NCBI GenBank assembly: GCA_048571215.1
Contig: CP182352.1
Location: 1,184,001 to 1,248,000, forward strand
Direction: 5' to 3'
Origin: Halarcobacter sp.
GTDB taxonomy: Bacteria > Campylobacterota > Campylobacteria > Campylobacterales > Arcobacteraceae
Length of the DNA: 64,000 nucleotides
In this document: positions 50,600 to 59,972 of the stretch, in pieces
Layout of the letters: every line of letters begins with the position of its first letter
Position numbering within the stretch: position 1 is the first letter of the stretch
Position numbers and translations under genes: made by a program
The notes under the pieces: generated by a model
Databases searched by the model: none
What the model saw: only the letters and a program-made list of their open reading frames with translations
What the model was told of the DNA's origin: nothing

Positions 50600-51070
50600 T
50601 TATGAGGCAAATTTTTTATTTAGATGAATTTTACCTAAAACTTTTATAGGTGAATCTTTAAGAATTGTTCCACCTTTTATTATCTTACAATATAATCCTC
50701 TACAATCTTGTATTAATATTGGTAAATCATCACTAAATATTGCTAAATGATTACAAATAGTACACTTTTGGCTTATTTCAATAATAGTATCACCTATTTG
50801 TAAATTTGTACCTATATTAAAATCATGTGGATTAAAATCTAATAAAATATTCTCACCTAAACTTCCAAATTCTAAATCAATCCCCTCCTCTTTTGCTATA
50901 TTATAGGTATTTATTCCAACTATCATTACAGATTTCTCTTCATCTTTATCAGCAAATTTATCATTTTTTATACCATATTTTTCAATCAATTCTAGTTTTG
51001 TTACTATGGGTCTTGGAAAACCACTTTGCCCTTTTAAGGCGCTAAAAACCTCTATTACTTTCCCATTCAT
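50600..51070 (-). CDS. MOSC domain protein
   Basis: GIKND, GSLGENI, CTICNH, RGLYCKIIKGG. Confidence 0.85.
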   Translation of the reverse strand: MNGKVIEVFSALKGQSGFPRPIVTKLELIEKYGIKNDKFADKDEEKSVMIVGINTYNIAKEEGIDLEFGSLGENILLDFNPHDFNIGTNLQIGDTIIEISQKCTICNHLAIFSDDLPILIQDCRGLYCKIIKGGTILKDSPIKVLGKIHLNKKFAS

Positions 51071-51867
51071 TATAAGTTTTCCTTTAAAATCTCTAAGAAA
51101 TCATCTTTTACCCAAGCTCCTGGATAAACATTTAGCAACTCGCCATCTGGAGTTAAAACAAAAAATGTTGGAGTCATACCTTTAAATTTCTTTTTTAAAT
51201 CAAAAGGAAGTTCCACAAAATCTACATCAACTTTTACAAAGATATAATCATCATTTAAAGCTTCTTGTACTTCATCTAAACTCAATACCTCTTTTTGCAT
51301 CTTTTTACAATAGTAACAAGTTTGTGAAGTTGCATATACCATTATATGTTTTCCACTATCTTTAGCTTCTTTTAAAAGCTTTTTCTCATCATAGTTTTTA
51401 GTTAAAACCTTTGTTACATTTGGCGTATTTTTTAATCTATTTTTTTTATATCCCATGAAATATTCTGCTAATAAAGTAGCTTCATCTTCTGAGATTTTCA
51501 TAGGCTCTTTTTTTATATAATATTTTAGAGCATGTTTATCACAAATACTATTATTAATATCTGGATTTGCTAAGTAGTTTTTTAAATACTCTTCTATTTC
51601 TATTACTCTCATCTCTTGATCACTTGGATCCCCAATTTTTTTGTTACTGCTCATTATTGCCCAAGCTAACATATTTTCTGTGGGTATTGTAAGATTTAGT
51701 AAGGTATTATTTCTTTTAAAAAAATTCTCTTTTAATTTTTTAAAAGAGATATACTCTTTATGGCAAGATGAACATTTTTGTTCAAAAAGTTTTTTCCCCT
51801 CTTGAAAATCTGCATGAAGTGAAATTAAAAAAAATAATATTAGTAAGGGTATGGCTTTTTTCAACAT
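51070..51867 (-). CDS. Cytochrome c / thioredoxin-fold fusion, SoxW-like C-terminal domain
   Basis: Signal peptide, GKKLFEQKCSSCH; TCYYCKKM...TPTFF. Confidence 0.8.
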   Translation of the reverse strand: MLKKAIPLLILFFLISLHADFQEGKKLFEQKCSSCHKEYISFKKLKENFFKRNNTLLNLTIPTENMLAWAIMSSNKKIGDPSDQEMRVIEIEEYLKNYLANPDINNSICDKHALKYYIKKEPMKISEDEATLLAEYFMGYKKNRLKNTPNVTKVLTKNYDEKKLLKEAKDSGKHIMVYATSQTCYYCKKMQKEVLSLDEVQEALNDDYIFVKVDVDFVELPFDLKKKFKGMTPTFFVLTPDGELLNVYPGAWVKDDFLEILKENL

Positions 51868-51923
51868 CTAAATCCTTTTATTGTAGACTTAATAGATGCT
51901 TTCAATAAAAAATCTATTAAATC

Positions 51924-51955
51924 GAAGAGAGTAAAAGTTTAACTTTTACCTCTTC
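51924..51955 (-). terminator. Hairpin after soxB
   Basis: GAAGAG(A)GTAAAAGTT-T-AACTTTTACCTCTTC. Confidence 0.6.
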
Positions 51956-51965
51956 ATAATTTAAA

Positions 51966-53729
51966 TTAAATTATTCCAGGATTACCTTTTATACCAACGA
52001 TATCTGGAGTATCTATTTTTAAGTTTGCTATATGTTTTACATTTTTTAAGTATGTTTCAACAGTTTCCCATACAGGTTCACCAGGTGATTTAGAACCAAC
52101 TGTAGACCAACCTGCTACTTTATATGCTTTATTTGCATCGATTTTTTTACCAGATTTTGTAAGTGTTATATCAGAGATTCTATTACCCATTTTTGCAGTT
52201 GGGTTTATTCTATAAGATATTCCACCTGTTCTAACCATATCTCCACCTTGTTGGTAAAATGGATCTTCATTAAACAAGTTATCAGCAACATCTTCTAGTA
52301 TAAGTTTAATATCTTTTCCTGATATATCTCTTGCATAAGTTTCTGGATATGTCATAGCTGTTTGTGTCATTAAGTCATCAAATGTGATAGCTTGACCAGG
52401 TATAACAGATGTTCCCCATCTAAATCCAGGAGATAAAGATATATCTGCACCTTTTACATCTATTAAAGCATCACAGATAATTTGATCCCAAGAACCATTA
52501 AAGTTACCTCTTCTAAACAACGTTTGTTCAGTTGTAGCAATCTCTCTTGTTAACTCTTTTAAATATGGAGCTCTTACATCTTCAATATATTTTTTCATCT
52601 CTTTATCTTCAGGAATCAAATCAGAAAAAATAGGAAGAAGAGTAAATTTAAAATCTTTTACTTTTCCATTTTTGATTTCTAGGTCAAGTACATTTAAAAA
52701 TTTACCATTAGAACCAGCATTACAAACATAAGTAACACCTTCATCATTTTTAACAGGTACCGCTTCTGGAACACCATCGTGGGTATGACCACCCATAATA
52801 AAGTCAATCCCTGTACAAACTTTTGCCATTTTTTTATCTGTATCATAACCATTATGAGATAACACAATAACAGCATCAGGTTTTTCAGATTCTCTAATCT
52901 CATCTACTAACTCTTGCATACCCTCATCATTGATAGAAAAAGTCCAATCTGGAATAAATCTTTGAGGATTTGCAATAGTTGTATAAGGAAATGCTTGACC
53001 AATAATAGCAACTCTTGCATCACCTATAGTTCTAATTGTATATGGTTTAAATACATGTCCTGTATCTTCATCATAAGCTTCTGCTCCTTCAAATAGAGCA
53101 GCTTCTTTTACTTTCACATTTTGTGCTAAGAACTCAGCTTCTAGAAGTTCAACATTATCTAATACCTCTTGAGCTTTATAAGTAAACTCCCAGTGACCTA
53201 CTGCAATGTCAACACCAAGCTTATTCATAGCTCCAACCATATCTTTACCTCTTGTATAAAGAGCAGTTGCACTACCTTGCCAAGTATCTCCACCATCTAA
53301 TAAAAGAGTATTTTCTTTACCATAACTATTTCTTAAAAAGTCAACAACAGTTTTAATTTGAGAAAAACCACCTGTTCTACCCATAGCTTTAGCATGTTTC
53401 TCAAAATTAACACAAGTATAAGCATACTCTAATCTTTTGTTTCCTTTTATTCCATAGTAGTCTAATAATTTTTCCCCTACTATATGAGGTGGCTTGCCAA
53501 AATTATCATAAAAACCCAAATTTACACTTGGTTCTCTAAAATATACTGGTAAAAGTTGTGCATGGGAATCAGTCATATGTAATAATCTTGCATTCCCAAA
53601 TGGTTTTAACTTATAATAATCTTCAAGTTTATTAGTATTTGTCATTCTTGTATGAGAATTAGCAAATACAGGAGCAGCACCAAGTACTGCCATCATATAA
53701 ACAAACTCTCTTCTACTTAATTTACTCAT
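51966..53729 (-). CDS. soxB: Thiosulfohydrolase SoxB
   Basis: Tat SRREF, TDSHAQL..FREPSVN, DGGDTWQGS, GHWEF, GGHTHD, QQGGDMVR. Confidence 0.97.
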   Translation of the reverse strand: MSKLSRREFVYMMAVLGAAPVFANSHTRMTNTNKLEDYYKLKPFGNARLLHMTDSHAQLLPVYFREPSVNLGFYDNFGKPPHIVGEKLLDYYGIKGNKRLEYAYTCVNFEKHAKAMGRTGGFSQIKTVVDFLRNSYGKENTLLLDGGDTWQGSATALYTRGKDMVGAMNKLGVDIAVGHWEFTYKAQEVLDNVELLEAEFLAQNVKVKEAALFEGAEAYDEDTGHVFKPYTIRTIGDARVAIIGQAFPYTTIANPQRFIPDWTFSINDEGMQELVDEIRESEKPDAVIVLSHNGYDTDKKMAKVCTGIDFIMGGHTHDGVPEAVPVKNDEGVTYVCNAGSNGKFLNVLDLEIKNGKVKDFKFTLLPIFSDLIPEDKEMKKYIEDVRAPYLKELTREIATTEQTLFRRGNFNGSWDQIICDALIDVKGADISLSPGFRWGTSVIPGQAITFDDLMTQTAMTYPETYARDISGKDIKLILEDVADNLFNEDPFYQQGGDMVRTGGISYRINPTAKMGNRISDITLTKSGKKIDANKAYKVAGWSTVGSKSPGEPVWETVETYLKNVKHIANLKIDTPDIVGIKGNPGII

Positions 53730-53766
53730 ATTTTGCCTTCATTAAAATTTTTTGGATAATTCTAAA

Positions 53767-54417
53767 TTATTTACCCGAACCTACAACAGTAAATCCCAAT
53801 GAAGTCCATGCTTGCATACCACCTCTGTAGTATTTAATTTTATCAGCAGGATACCCCATTTTTAATAATGCAAACTTAGCATTTTTAACCATACCTGGAG
53901 TTTGACCACACCAGTAACCATTACAATATAATGCTATAGTTTTAGCTTTTGAGAAATCTAAAGTGCCATCATCTTTTTGGACAACACCCATTTCATCTTC
54001 CATCATCTCAATTGCAGTATCTTTTTCATTAAAGTTTGTATAAGGTACATTTATTGCTCCTGGTATTCTAAGTTTTGCATACCAACCTGGTTTTCTACTA
54101 TCTATAATTGCTATTGTATTATCAGTTTGAGCTTTTTTCATATACTCTATAAACTCTAATTCACCTAAGGTTTCTACACCTGGAGCTAAAATTATAGGTT
54201 GAGGAACGCCTCTATTTGTTGTATTATAAAGTGGTGAAATCTTATTTCCAGCTGTTTGATTTCTCATTAGTGTAAACTTTTCACCATTTAGATTCATATC
54301 AATAGATTTTACACCCTTTGATATTGGAACATATTTACTTGCATCTTCAGCAAATGCACCTACAGAACAAATACTTACAAAAGCTGTTACAATTAGTAAT
54401 TTCTTTAGAATAATCAT
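53767..54417 (-). CDS. Exported rhodanese-domain protein (start moved to MIILKK)
   Basis: AAGGAG RBS, signal peptide, IIDSR, RIPGAINVP, YCNGYWC, YYRGGM..W. Confidence 0.88.
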   Translation of the reverse strand: MIILKKLLIVTAFVSICSVGAFAEDASKYVPISKGVKSIDMNLNGEKFTLMRNQTAGNKISPLYNTTNRGVPQPIILAPGVETLGELEFIEYMKKAQTDNTIAIIDSRKPGWYAKLRIPGAINVPYTNFNEKDTAIEMMEDEMGVVQKDDGTLDFSKAKTIALYCNGYWCGQTPGMVKNAKFALLKMGYPADKIKYYRGGMQAWTSLGFTVVGSGK

Positions 54418-54457
54418 TTTCTTCTCCTTAATTCCATGCAAATTTAATATCTATTAT

Positions 54458-54485
54458 AAAAAAGTCAAGAGAGTTCTTGACTTTT
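54458..54485 (-). terminator. Terminator-like hairpin inside the sox cluster
   Basis: Minus strand AAAAGTCAAGA-ACTC-TCTTGACTTTTTT. Confidence 0.7.
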
Positions 54486-54493
54486 AATTTTAA

Positions 54494-54931
54494 TTAATAT
54501 TTATATCCATCTCCAGGGACAGATAATCTCCAAGTTTCTTTACCTTCAACAGATTGAGTTAATGCTGTGATTGCAAATCTACAAGCACGTTCTGCACCGA
54601 AATCTGTTGGTAGTTTAGTTTTTGAAGTTTTGCCTTTAAAATCTAAGGGATTAACCTCTTTTGCTCCAGTTTTAATTGCATCTTCTACAGAGCTTATTAA
54701 AGCTGAGTTATTTACTCCAAGTCTTCTATATTCTAAACCCTCTTTTTGTGCAATTACATTGTATTCTTTTGCTGTATTAATAACACTTTGAATACCACTT
54801 ACTTTTACACTACATACTTTGTTTAAATCAAGTTTTGTAGCAGTTTCTATACTTGGTTCAGATGAAGCTACGCAACCTGTAAACATACCTATTAAACCTG
54901 CTGTTGCTAAGATAGTTGTAAATTTTTTCAT
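54494..54931 (-). CDS. Uncharacterised lipoprotein directly after soxA (start moved to MKKFT)
   Basis: GGGAG RBS; MKK-hydrophobic-FTGC lipobox; two further Cys. Confidence 0.78.
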   Translation of the reverse strand: MKKFTTILATAGLIGMFTGCVASSEPSIETATKLDLNKVCSVKVSGIQSVINTAKEYNVIAQKEGLEYRRLGVNNSALISSVEDAIKTGAKEVNPLDFKGKTSKTKLPTDFGAERACRFAITALTQSVEGKETWRLSVPGDGYKY

Positions 54932-54944
54932 AATCATCTTCTCC

Positions 54945-55880
54945 CTATTTTCTAAAATCTGGACCATCTATTTTCATACCATTATTCATATATGCCATAA
55001 AAAATAGAAGTTCTTTCATCTCTTTAGAAGTAGCTTTTGGTGGAACTTGACCTTGATCTTTTATACAACCACTCATTCTTCTTTCTAAAGTACCTAAACC
55101 ATTTGCTGGATTTTTTGCTCCCCATTTAAGTCTGTATACAGGAAAATGTGAAGTTTGACCTAAAAGTTGAGAAAGTGATTCATTTCTAACTCTTTGAGCT
55201 GCACCTTGAACATGACACTCAGCACAATTAAGTTTTAAATATCCTCTTTGAGTATAGTAATACTCTTTACCTCTTTCATATGCAGCAGCTGCATCAGCAC
55301 TTTGTATTTTTACATCAATAACTTTTTCTGCATCTCTTGCTTCACTTACAAGATATGCTTCTAGATAAGCTATTTTACCTTTAGATGTTCCCCATTTTTT
55401 TTCACCATTTGCTTCTAAACATTGATTTACAGCAAGTGTTAATGTAATAACCTCTTTTGTTTTTTCATCAAAATATGGATACATTGAACCTGCTTTTGCA
55501 GGATCAGGGAAACAATTAGCAAATGATTTACCATTTGCAAATTTTTTAGTATATAGCTCTTGACCAACATCAATCCATTCTTCTGTTGGAGGGAACTCTT
55601 TTATAGCATCATAAGATACTCTTCCATTTTTAGAAAATGCGTAGTTACCTTTTGAAAAATCTTGAAACTTTAATCCACTCATAATGTTGTTTTTTAATTC
55701 ATCATCAGTTGAATATGGGAAAAAAGTGTTTTTGTTTTTTAAAGGATCTTCAAATTTAGCCTCAAAGTATTTAACTAAAGCTATTCTATCTTTTTCAGCT
55801 TGTGCATTATAATTAGCTGCATTTAATGCACTTGCTAGTAATGCTGCTAATGCTGTTGTTTTAACAATTTTTAAAATCAT
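54945..55880 (-). CDS. soxA: Monoheme SoxA (start moved to MILKIV)
   Basis: AAGGAG RBS; GKSFANC remnant, YPYFD, VNQC, RGYLKLNCAECH, HFPVYRLKW, RRMSGC. Confidence 0.95.
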   Translation of the reverse strand: MILKIVKTTALAALLASALNAANYNAQAEKDRIALVKYFEAKFEDPLKNKNTFFPYSTDDELKNNIMSGLKFQDFSKGNYAFSKNGRVSYDAIKEFPPTEEWIDVGQELYTKKFANGKSFANCFPDPAKAGSMYPYFDEKTKEVITLTLAVNQCLEANGEKKWGTSKGKIAYLEAYLVSEARDAEKVIDVKIQSADAAAAYERGKEYYYTQRGYLKLNCAECHVQGAAQRVRNESLSQLLGQTSHFPVYRLKWGAKNPANGLGTLERRMSGCIKDQGQVPPKATSKEMKELLFFMAYMNNGMKIDGPDFRK

Positions 55881-55925
55881 ACATATCTCCTTAAGTTTTA
55901 TTAATTCCTCCAAAAAGGTAATTAA

Positions 55926-56228
55926 CTATCTAATTTTTGTTTTATCCGTTTGAGTTGTACCTTTTAAATCAACCCAAGATATTTCAATTTCGTCACCTTT
56001 TTTACCAGCAAATTTAAATTTTATATAAGGGTTTTTTGATAAAAATTGACTTGAAGTCATTTCCCACACAATTTTTCCATTAGATTTTGCAACCATATAA
56101 GTAATAAAGTTAGCTTCTTTTTTAGCTCTTTTTGCTTCTAGGTAACTTAACATTGGATGGTTTGCTAATGCTTTAACTGTAACAATACCTTTTTTTTCTT
56201 TTGCTTTTATTCTTGTTTTTTTAGCCAT
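55926..56228 (-). CDS. soxZ: Sulfur carrier SoxZ
   Basis: HPM, NFI, LSKNPYIKFKF, WVDLKG. Confidence 0.94.
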   Translation of the reverse strand: MAKKTRIKAKEKKGIVTVKALANHPMLSYLEAKRAKKEANFITYMVAKSNGKIVWEMTSSQFLSKNPYIKFKFAGKKGDEIEISWVDLKGTTQTDKTKIR

Positions 56229-56293
56229 TGTAATTTCCTTTTTTATTCTATATATTTTTAAATTTTATAAATGTTGATATGTTGTTGAATAAA

Positions 56294-56746
56294 TCAACCA
56301 CCACATCCACCGATAGTTACTTTTACAGCTTTAGATGCAGAATATAATTTTCCACCCTCTTCAACTACTGCTGTAACATTACCAGTTTTAGCCATTTTAA
56401 TTCTTATAGAATAGTCAATAATCCCACCTTCTGGTACATCAAATACTGCAACTGCTGCTTCTGGATTTGCATCTTGAAAAATTGCAACTTTTGAACCTTT
56501 TAATTTTGAACTTACTGTAAGTGGAATAACTGCACCATTTTCAGCAATATCAGGAGCTTTTAATTTAACTTTACCCTCTGTTGTTTTTGAAGTTCCAAAT
56601 AACTCTTTCATTGCCGCATCAACCTTAGTTGCTTCCCATGCCTTTGGCTTAGTCTCTCTAAAGTTAACTGCACTTAATGTAGATGGTGCCATTGAAACTG
56701 CTAATGCACCTAAACCTAAACTTAAAAAATTTCTTCTATTTATCAT
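56294..56746 (-). CDS. soxY: Sulfur carrier SoxY
   Basis: Tat NRRNFL, APDIAENGAVIP, RIKMAKT, VKVTIGGCGG. Confidence 0.97.
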   Translation of the reverse strand: MINRRNFLSLGLGALAVSMAPSTLSAVNFRETKPKAWEATKVDAAMKELFGTSKTTEGKVKLKAPDIAENGAVIPLTVSSKLKGSKVAIFQDANPEAAVAVFDVPEGGIIDYSIRIKMAKTGNVTAVVEEGGKLYSASKAVKVTIGGCGG

Positions 56747-56763
56747 GTATAATCCTTTCTATT

Positions 56764-57117
56764 TTATTCAACTGTTTTTAAATAAGCAACTAGTGCTTTG
56801 ATTTGAGCATCACTCAACCAACCATTTTTCCCAAATGGAGGCATTTGAGAAATTGGATTTGATGTGTATGGGTCATAAATTTTTGCATATAATGCTTCAT
56901 CTGGCCAATATTTTAATGCTGTAAGTTTTGGTCCCATACTACCTGGACCATCAATATTTTTACCATTAACATCATGACAAGCTAGACAATTTCCAAGATT
57001 TTTTGTATTAAAAATCTTTTCACCTTGTTTTACTAAATCCATATTGCCAGCTAGTGAGCTAGTCACAGTTAAACCACTGATTGCAGATGCAATTAGTAAC
57101 TTTTTGATTAATTTCAT
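56764..57117 (-). CDS. soxX: Cytochrome SoxX
   Basis: GNCLACH, GSMGPKL, MPPFG. Confidence 0.94.
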   Translation of the reverse strand: MKLIKKLLIASAISGLTVTSSLAGNMDLVKQGEKIFNTKNLGNCLACHDVNGKNIDGPGSMGPKLTALKYWPDEALYAKIYDPYTSNPISQMPPFGKNGWLSDAQIKALVAYLKTVE

Positions 57118-57129
57118 AGCGTTTCTCCT

Positions 57130-58323
57130 TTATTTACTAGAATTGATGATGTAATCTACTACTTTTTTGAAATCCTCATCAGGTAAATTACTTGTTCCCT
57201 TTGGAGGCATAGCATTAATACCATTAATAGCATTATCATAAACTTCATCAATACCTTTATCTAAAACTTCTGCCCAAGCTTTTTTATCACCAATTACTGG
57301 TGCACCAATAGCTTTATTTGAGTGGCATGCTGAACAATAAGTAGCGTAATTTTCTTTTACAACTGGATCAACATCTGAAGCACACTCTTTATCTTTAGGC
57401 TCTTTCCAAGATCTTTCTGTAGATAGTGGTTGATTTATATTTGGAGCTAAATCAACTTTTATTTTCATCAATAAATCATCTACATCTTTTTTTAAACAGT
57501 TTTTCATACATCTTGTACCTTTTCCATATATTGTTGGATCAGATAAAAGTTTTTGCATGTTTTTAGGTCCTTGGTGAGGATCTTTTGTATCAACTTTTGG
57601 ATAAAAGCCATCTTCATTTGGCATTTTTATTTTACTAAAGTTTTCTTTATTTAAGATAGTATCATAATCCATCTCTTTTCCATTAAGTTTTATTCCATTT
57701 GAATAAAGTAAAAAAGCACTTAATGCATAAACTTCACTGTTAGTCAAAGTTTTTGGAGCTGTAAATGGCATTGAGTCTTGAATATACCAAAATAGTGTAC
57801 TTGCATATGGCCAGTAAGAACCAACTGTTTTTAATGCAACCGATGGATTTGGATGTTTGTCAGCTGGATTAAGTCTTTGGATTCCTAAATCAGATGTTTT
57901 TCCTCCAACTAATGTAGGATAACCTTTTCCCCCAGCTCCAAATTCACCATGGCACATTGCACATTGAGTATCATAAAGCTCTTCACCCCATTCAACTGAA
58001 CCTTCTGCAATCTTAAGATTTCCATCTTCATCAAGAATAGGTTTACCATTTTTCATATCATATTTAGGAAGACCTTCACCATCTGGTCTAACATCAACAT
58101 CCCAAACTTTTTTTTCTAAAGTAGTTACTGTTCTACCATTATTGTATTTTATATCTTGTGTATTTACATGATATGGACCATATTTACCATCTTTTATTGG
58201 ATATTTAACTGCACCATCTACTGACATATCATTTTTTGCATATAAAGAAGTAGCAAGAAGTGCAGATAAACCAAGAGTAAGAAGAGTATTCTTAAGCTTT
58301 ATTGTGTTTTCTAATTTGAACAT
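57130..58323 (-). CDS. soxD: Diheme cytochrome SoxD
   Basis: WDVDVRPDGEGLP, CAMCH, TVGSYWPYA, CMKNC, second heme CSACH...MPPKG. Confidence 0.93.
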   Translation of the reverse strand: MFKLENTIKLKNTLLTLGLSALLATSLYAKNDMSVDGAVKYPIKDGKYGPYHVNTQDIKYNNGRTVTTLEKKVWDVDVRPDGEGLPKYDMKNGKPILDEDGNLKIAEGSVEWGEELYDTQCAMCHGEFGAGGKGYPTLVGGKTSDLGIQRLNPADKHPNPSVALKTVGSYWPYASTLFWYIQDSMPFTAPKTLTNSEVYALSAFLLYSNGIKLNGKEMDYDTILNKENFSKIKMPNEDGFYPKVDTKDPHQGPKNMQKLLSDPTIYGKGTRCMKNCLKKDVDDLLMKIKVDLAPNINQPLSTERSWKEPKDKECASDVDPVVKENYATYCSACHSNKAIGAPVIGDKKAWAEVLDKGIDEVYDNAINGINAMPPKGTSNLPDEDFKKVVDYIINSSK

Positions 58324-59632
58324 TATTACACTCTCCTTTATTAGTTATTTCCCAAGTTACAATTGCATTTCTATGATAAACAGATTCAACACCTACAGCA
58401 GATGTTTCTTGATCAATTGTTGGTTGAATATTTCCAAAGTCATCTCTTGATCTACTAGCTAGTAATAGAGGTTTCCCTTCCCACTTAATAATATATGAGA
58501 ATCTTGTCCATGATTTTGGTAAAACAAGACCTTTTAAATCAGCTTCAGTCCAGTTGTCTCCACCATCAAAAGATATGTCAACTCCAGTGATTGTACCATG
58601 ACCAGACCATGCTATTCCTTGGATTTCTACCATATCACCTTTTTTTAAGTGTGTCCAAGGTTTTTCTGGACAAGGACTAGTAATAACTGAGTTTACTTCA
58701 TTTACCCAGAAGAATCTTATAGCTTTTCCACTAGGTTGAACCATAGTATATTTAGATGTTTCTTCTTTCGAGTGCCAAGGTTTACTAGAAATTTCAAGTC
58801 TTCTTAACCATTTTGTGTTTAAGTTTCCTTCCCAACCTGGAACAATAAGTCTTACTGGATAACCTTGTTCAGGTCTTAAGGCTTCACCATTTTGTCCCCA
58901 AACAACCATTACATCATCTAAAGCTTTTTCTACAGGAATAGATCTAGGATTTGATGCATTATCACTACCTTCAGCTAACATCCAAACGGCATCCTTTTTT
59001 AAACCTACATCTTCTAATATAGTTTTAAGCATAACTCCAGTCCATTGAGCAGCACTCATAAGCCCTTTCATAAACTGTAAAGAGTTAAATTGTGGACCCC
59101 TCCATTCAGGTGCTCCATTTGCTGGACATTCAATAAAATAGATTCTTGATTCACTTGGATATCTTTTTAAGTCTTCAAGAGTTAATACAATCTCTTTTTC
59201 AACTTGATCCCCATGAATCATAAGTCTCCACTCATTTGGATCAACATGTGCTGTTCCACCATGATCTCTAACAAAAAATAATCCATTTGGAGTTATAATA
59301 CCTTCTGATTCATGTATTGGACACATGGCAACAGATGCATAATAATCCCCAGATGAAAATAGTGAATGGGTTCTTCTTATATTGTTATGTTCATAAGGTG
59401 ATGGCAATCCATAAAGGTTTTTATCAACTGGATCTCCTAATTTTTGTCCCCAAGGGGCATCTTCGATGATAGCTGGATCATCGGCTCTTAATTTTACCGG
59501 AGACAATACATTTGCAGCTGCAATTGCCCCAGCAGAATAAATAGCAGTTTTTTTGAAAAAATTTCTTCGACTTAATTTCTCTTCGGAAACCAAGTCTAGC
59601 TCTTTTTCAGAGTTCTTACTCTTATTGGTCAT
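58292..59632 (-). CDS. soxC: Sulfane dehydrogenase molybdoprotein SoxC
   Basis: Tat SRRNFFK, GIITPNGLFF, FIECPANG, RPEQGYPVRL, KWLRR. Confidence 0.96.
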   Translation of the reverse strand: MTNKSKNSEKELDLVSEEKLSRRNFFKKTAIYSAGAIAAANVLSPVKLRADDPAIIEDAPWGQKLGDPVDKNLYGLPSPYEHNNIRRTHSLFSSGDYYASVAMCPIHESEGIITPNGLFFVRDHGGTAHVDPNEWRLMIHGDQVEKEIVLTLEDLKRYPSESRIYFIECPANGAPEWRGPQFNSLQFMKGLMSAAQWTGVMLKTILEDVGLKKDAVWMLAEGSDNASNPRSIPVEKALDDVMVVWGQNGEALRPEQGYPVRLIVPGWEGNLNTKWLRRLEISSKPWHSKEETSKYTMVQPSGKAIRFFWVNEVNSVITSPCPEKPWTHLKKGDMVEIQGIAWSGHGTITGVDISFDGGDNWTEADLKGLVLPKSWTRFSYIIKWEGKPLLLASRSRDDFGNIQPTIDQETSAVGVESVYHRNAIVTWEITNKGECNNVQIRKHNKA

Positions 59633-59747
59633 TAATCCTCCTTTTTTTAATATTATCTATACTTAAGATCAAGTCAACTTATAATTGTTATAATTTAAAG
59701 CTATTATAATTAAGTTAACTTTTGCTTATAGATAATATAACACCCAA

Positions 59748-59770
59748 TTATATAAGAATTACTTATATAA
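59748..59770. promoter_or_regulatory. Inverted repeat in the divergent soxC/moeA intergenic region, candidate operator
   Basis: TTATATAAG-AATTA-CTTATATAA (9-5-9). Confidence 0.4.
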
Positions 59771-59972
59771 CATTGTAATTATTATTACCATTTTTTCTAA
59801 TTATGTCAATTAGATTTTATTGATTTATTCAATAATAGTAAGAAAATGACATAACTTGATATGTTTTGCTACACTATTGCTATTAATCCCATAAAATGCT
59901 ACTTTATTGTTATTTTAATTTTACTTTTTTGTTCATTATGTTACTATCTTTTTCAATTTTTATGGAGAAATT

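Noticed and set aside
54945..54967. Overlapping long starts given by the ORF track for the lipoprotein (54967); likewise soxA (55913), rhodanese (54441) and DsrE (50610)
   Set aside because: Downstream ATGs have proper SD spacing and begin signal peptides
59748..59770. Firm call as a ModE box
   Set aside because: TATATA half-sites are 9 bp apart and lack CG flanks; kept only as a generic candidate operator
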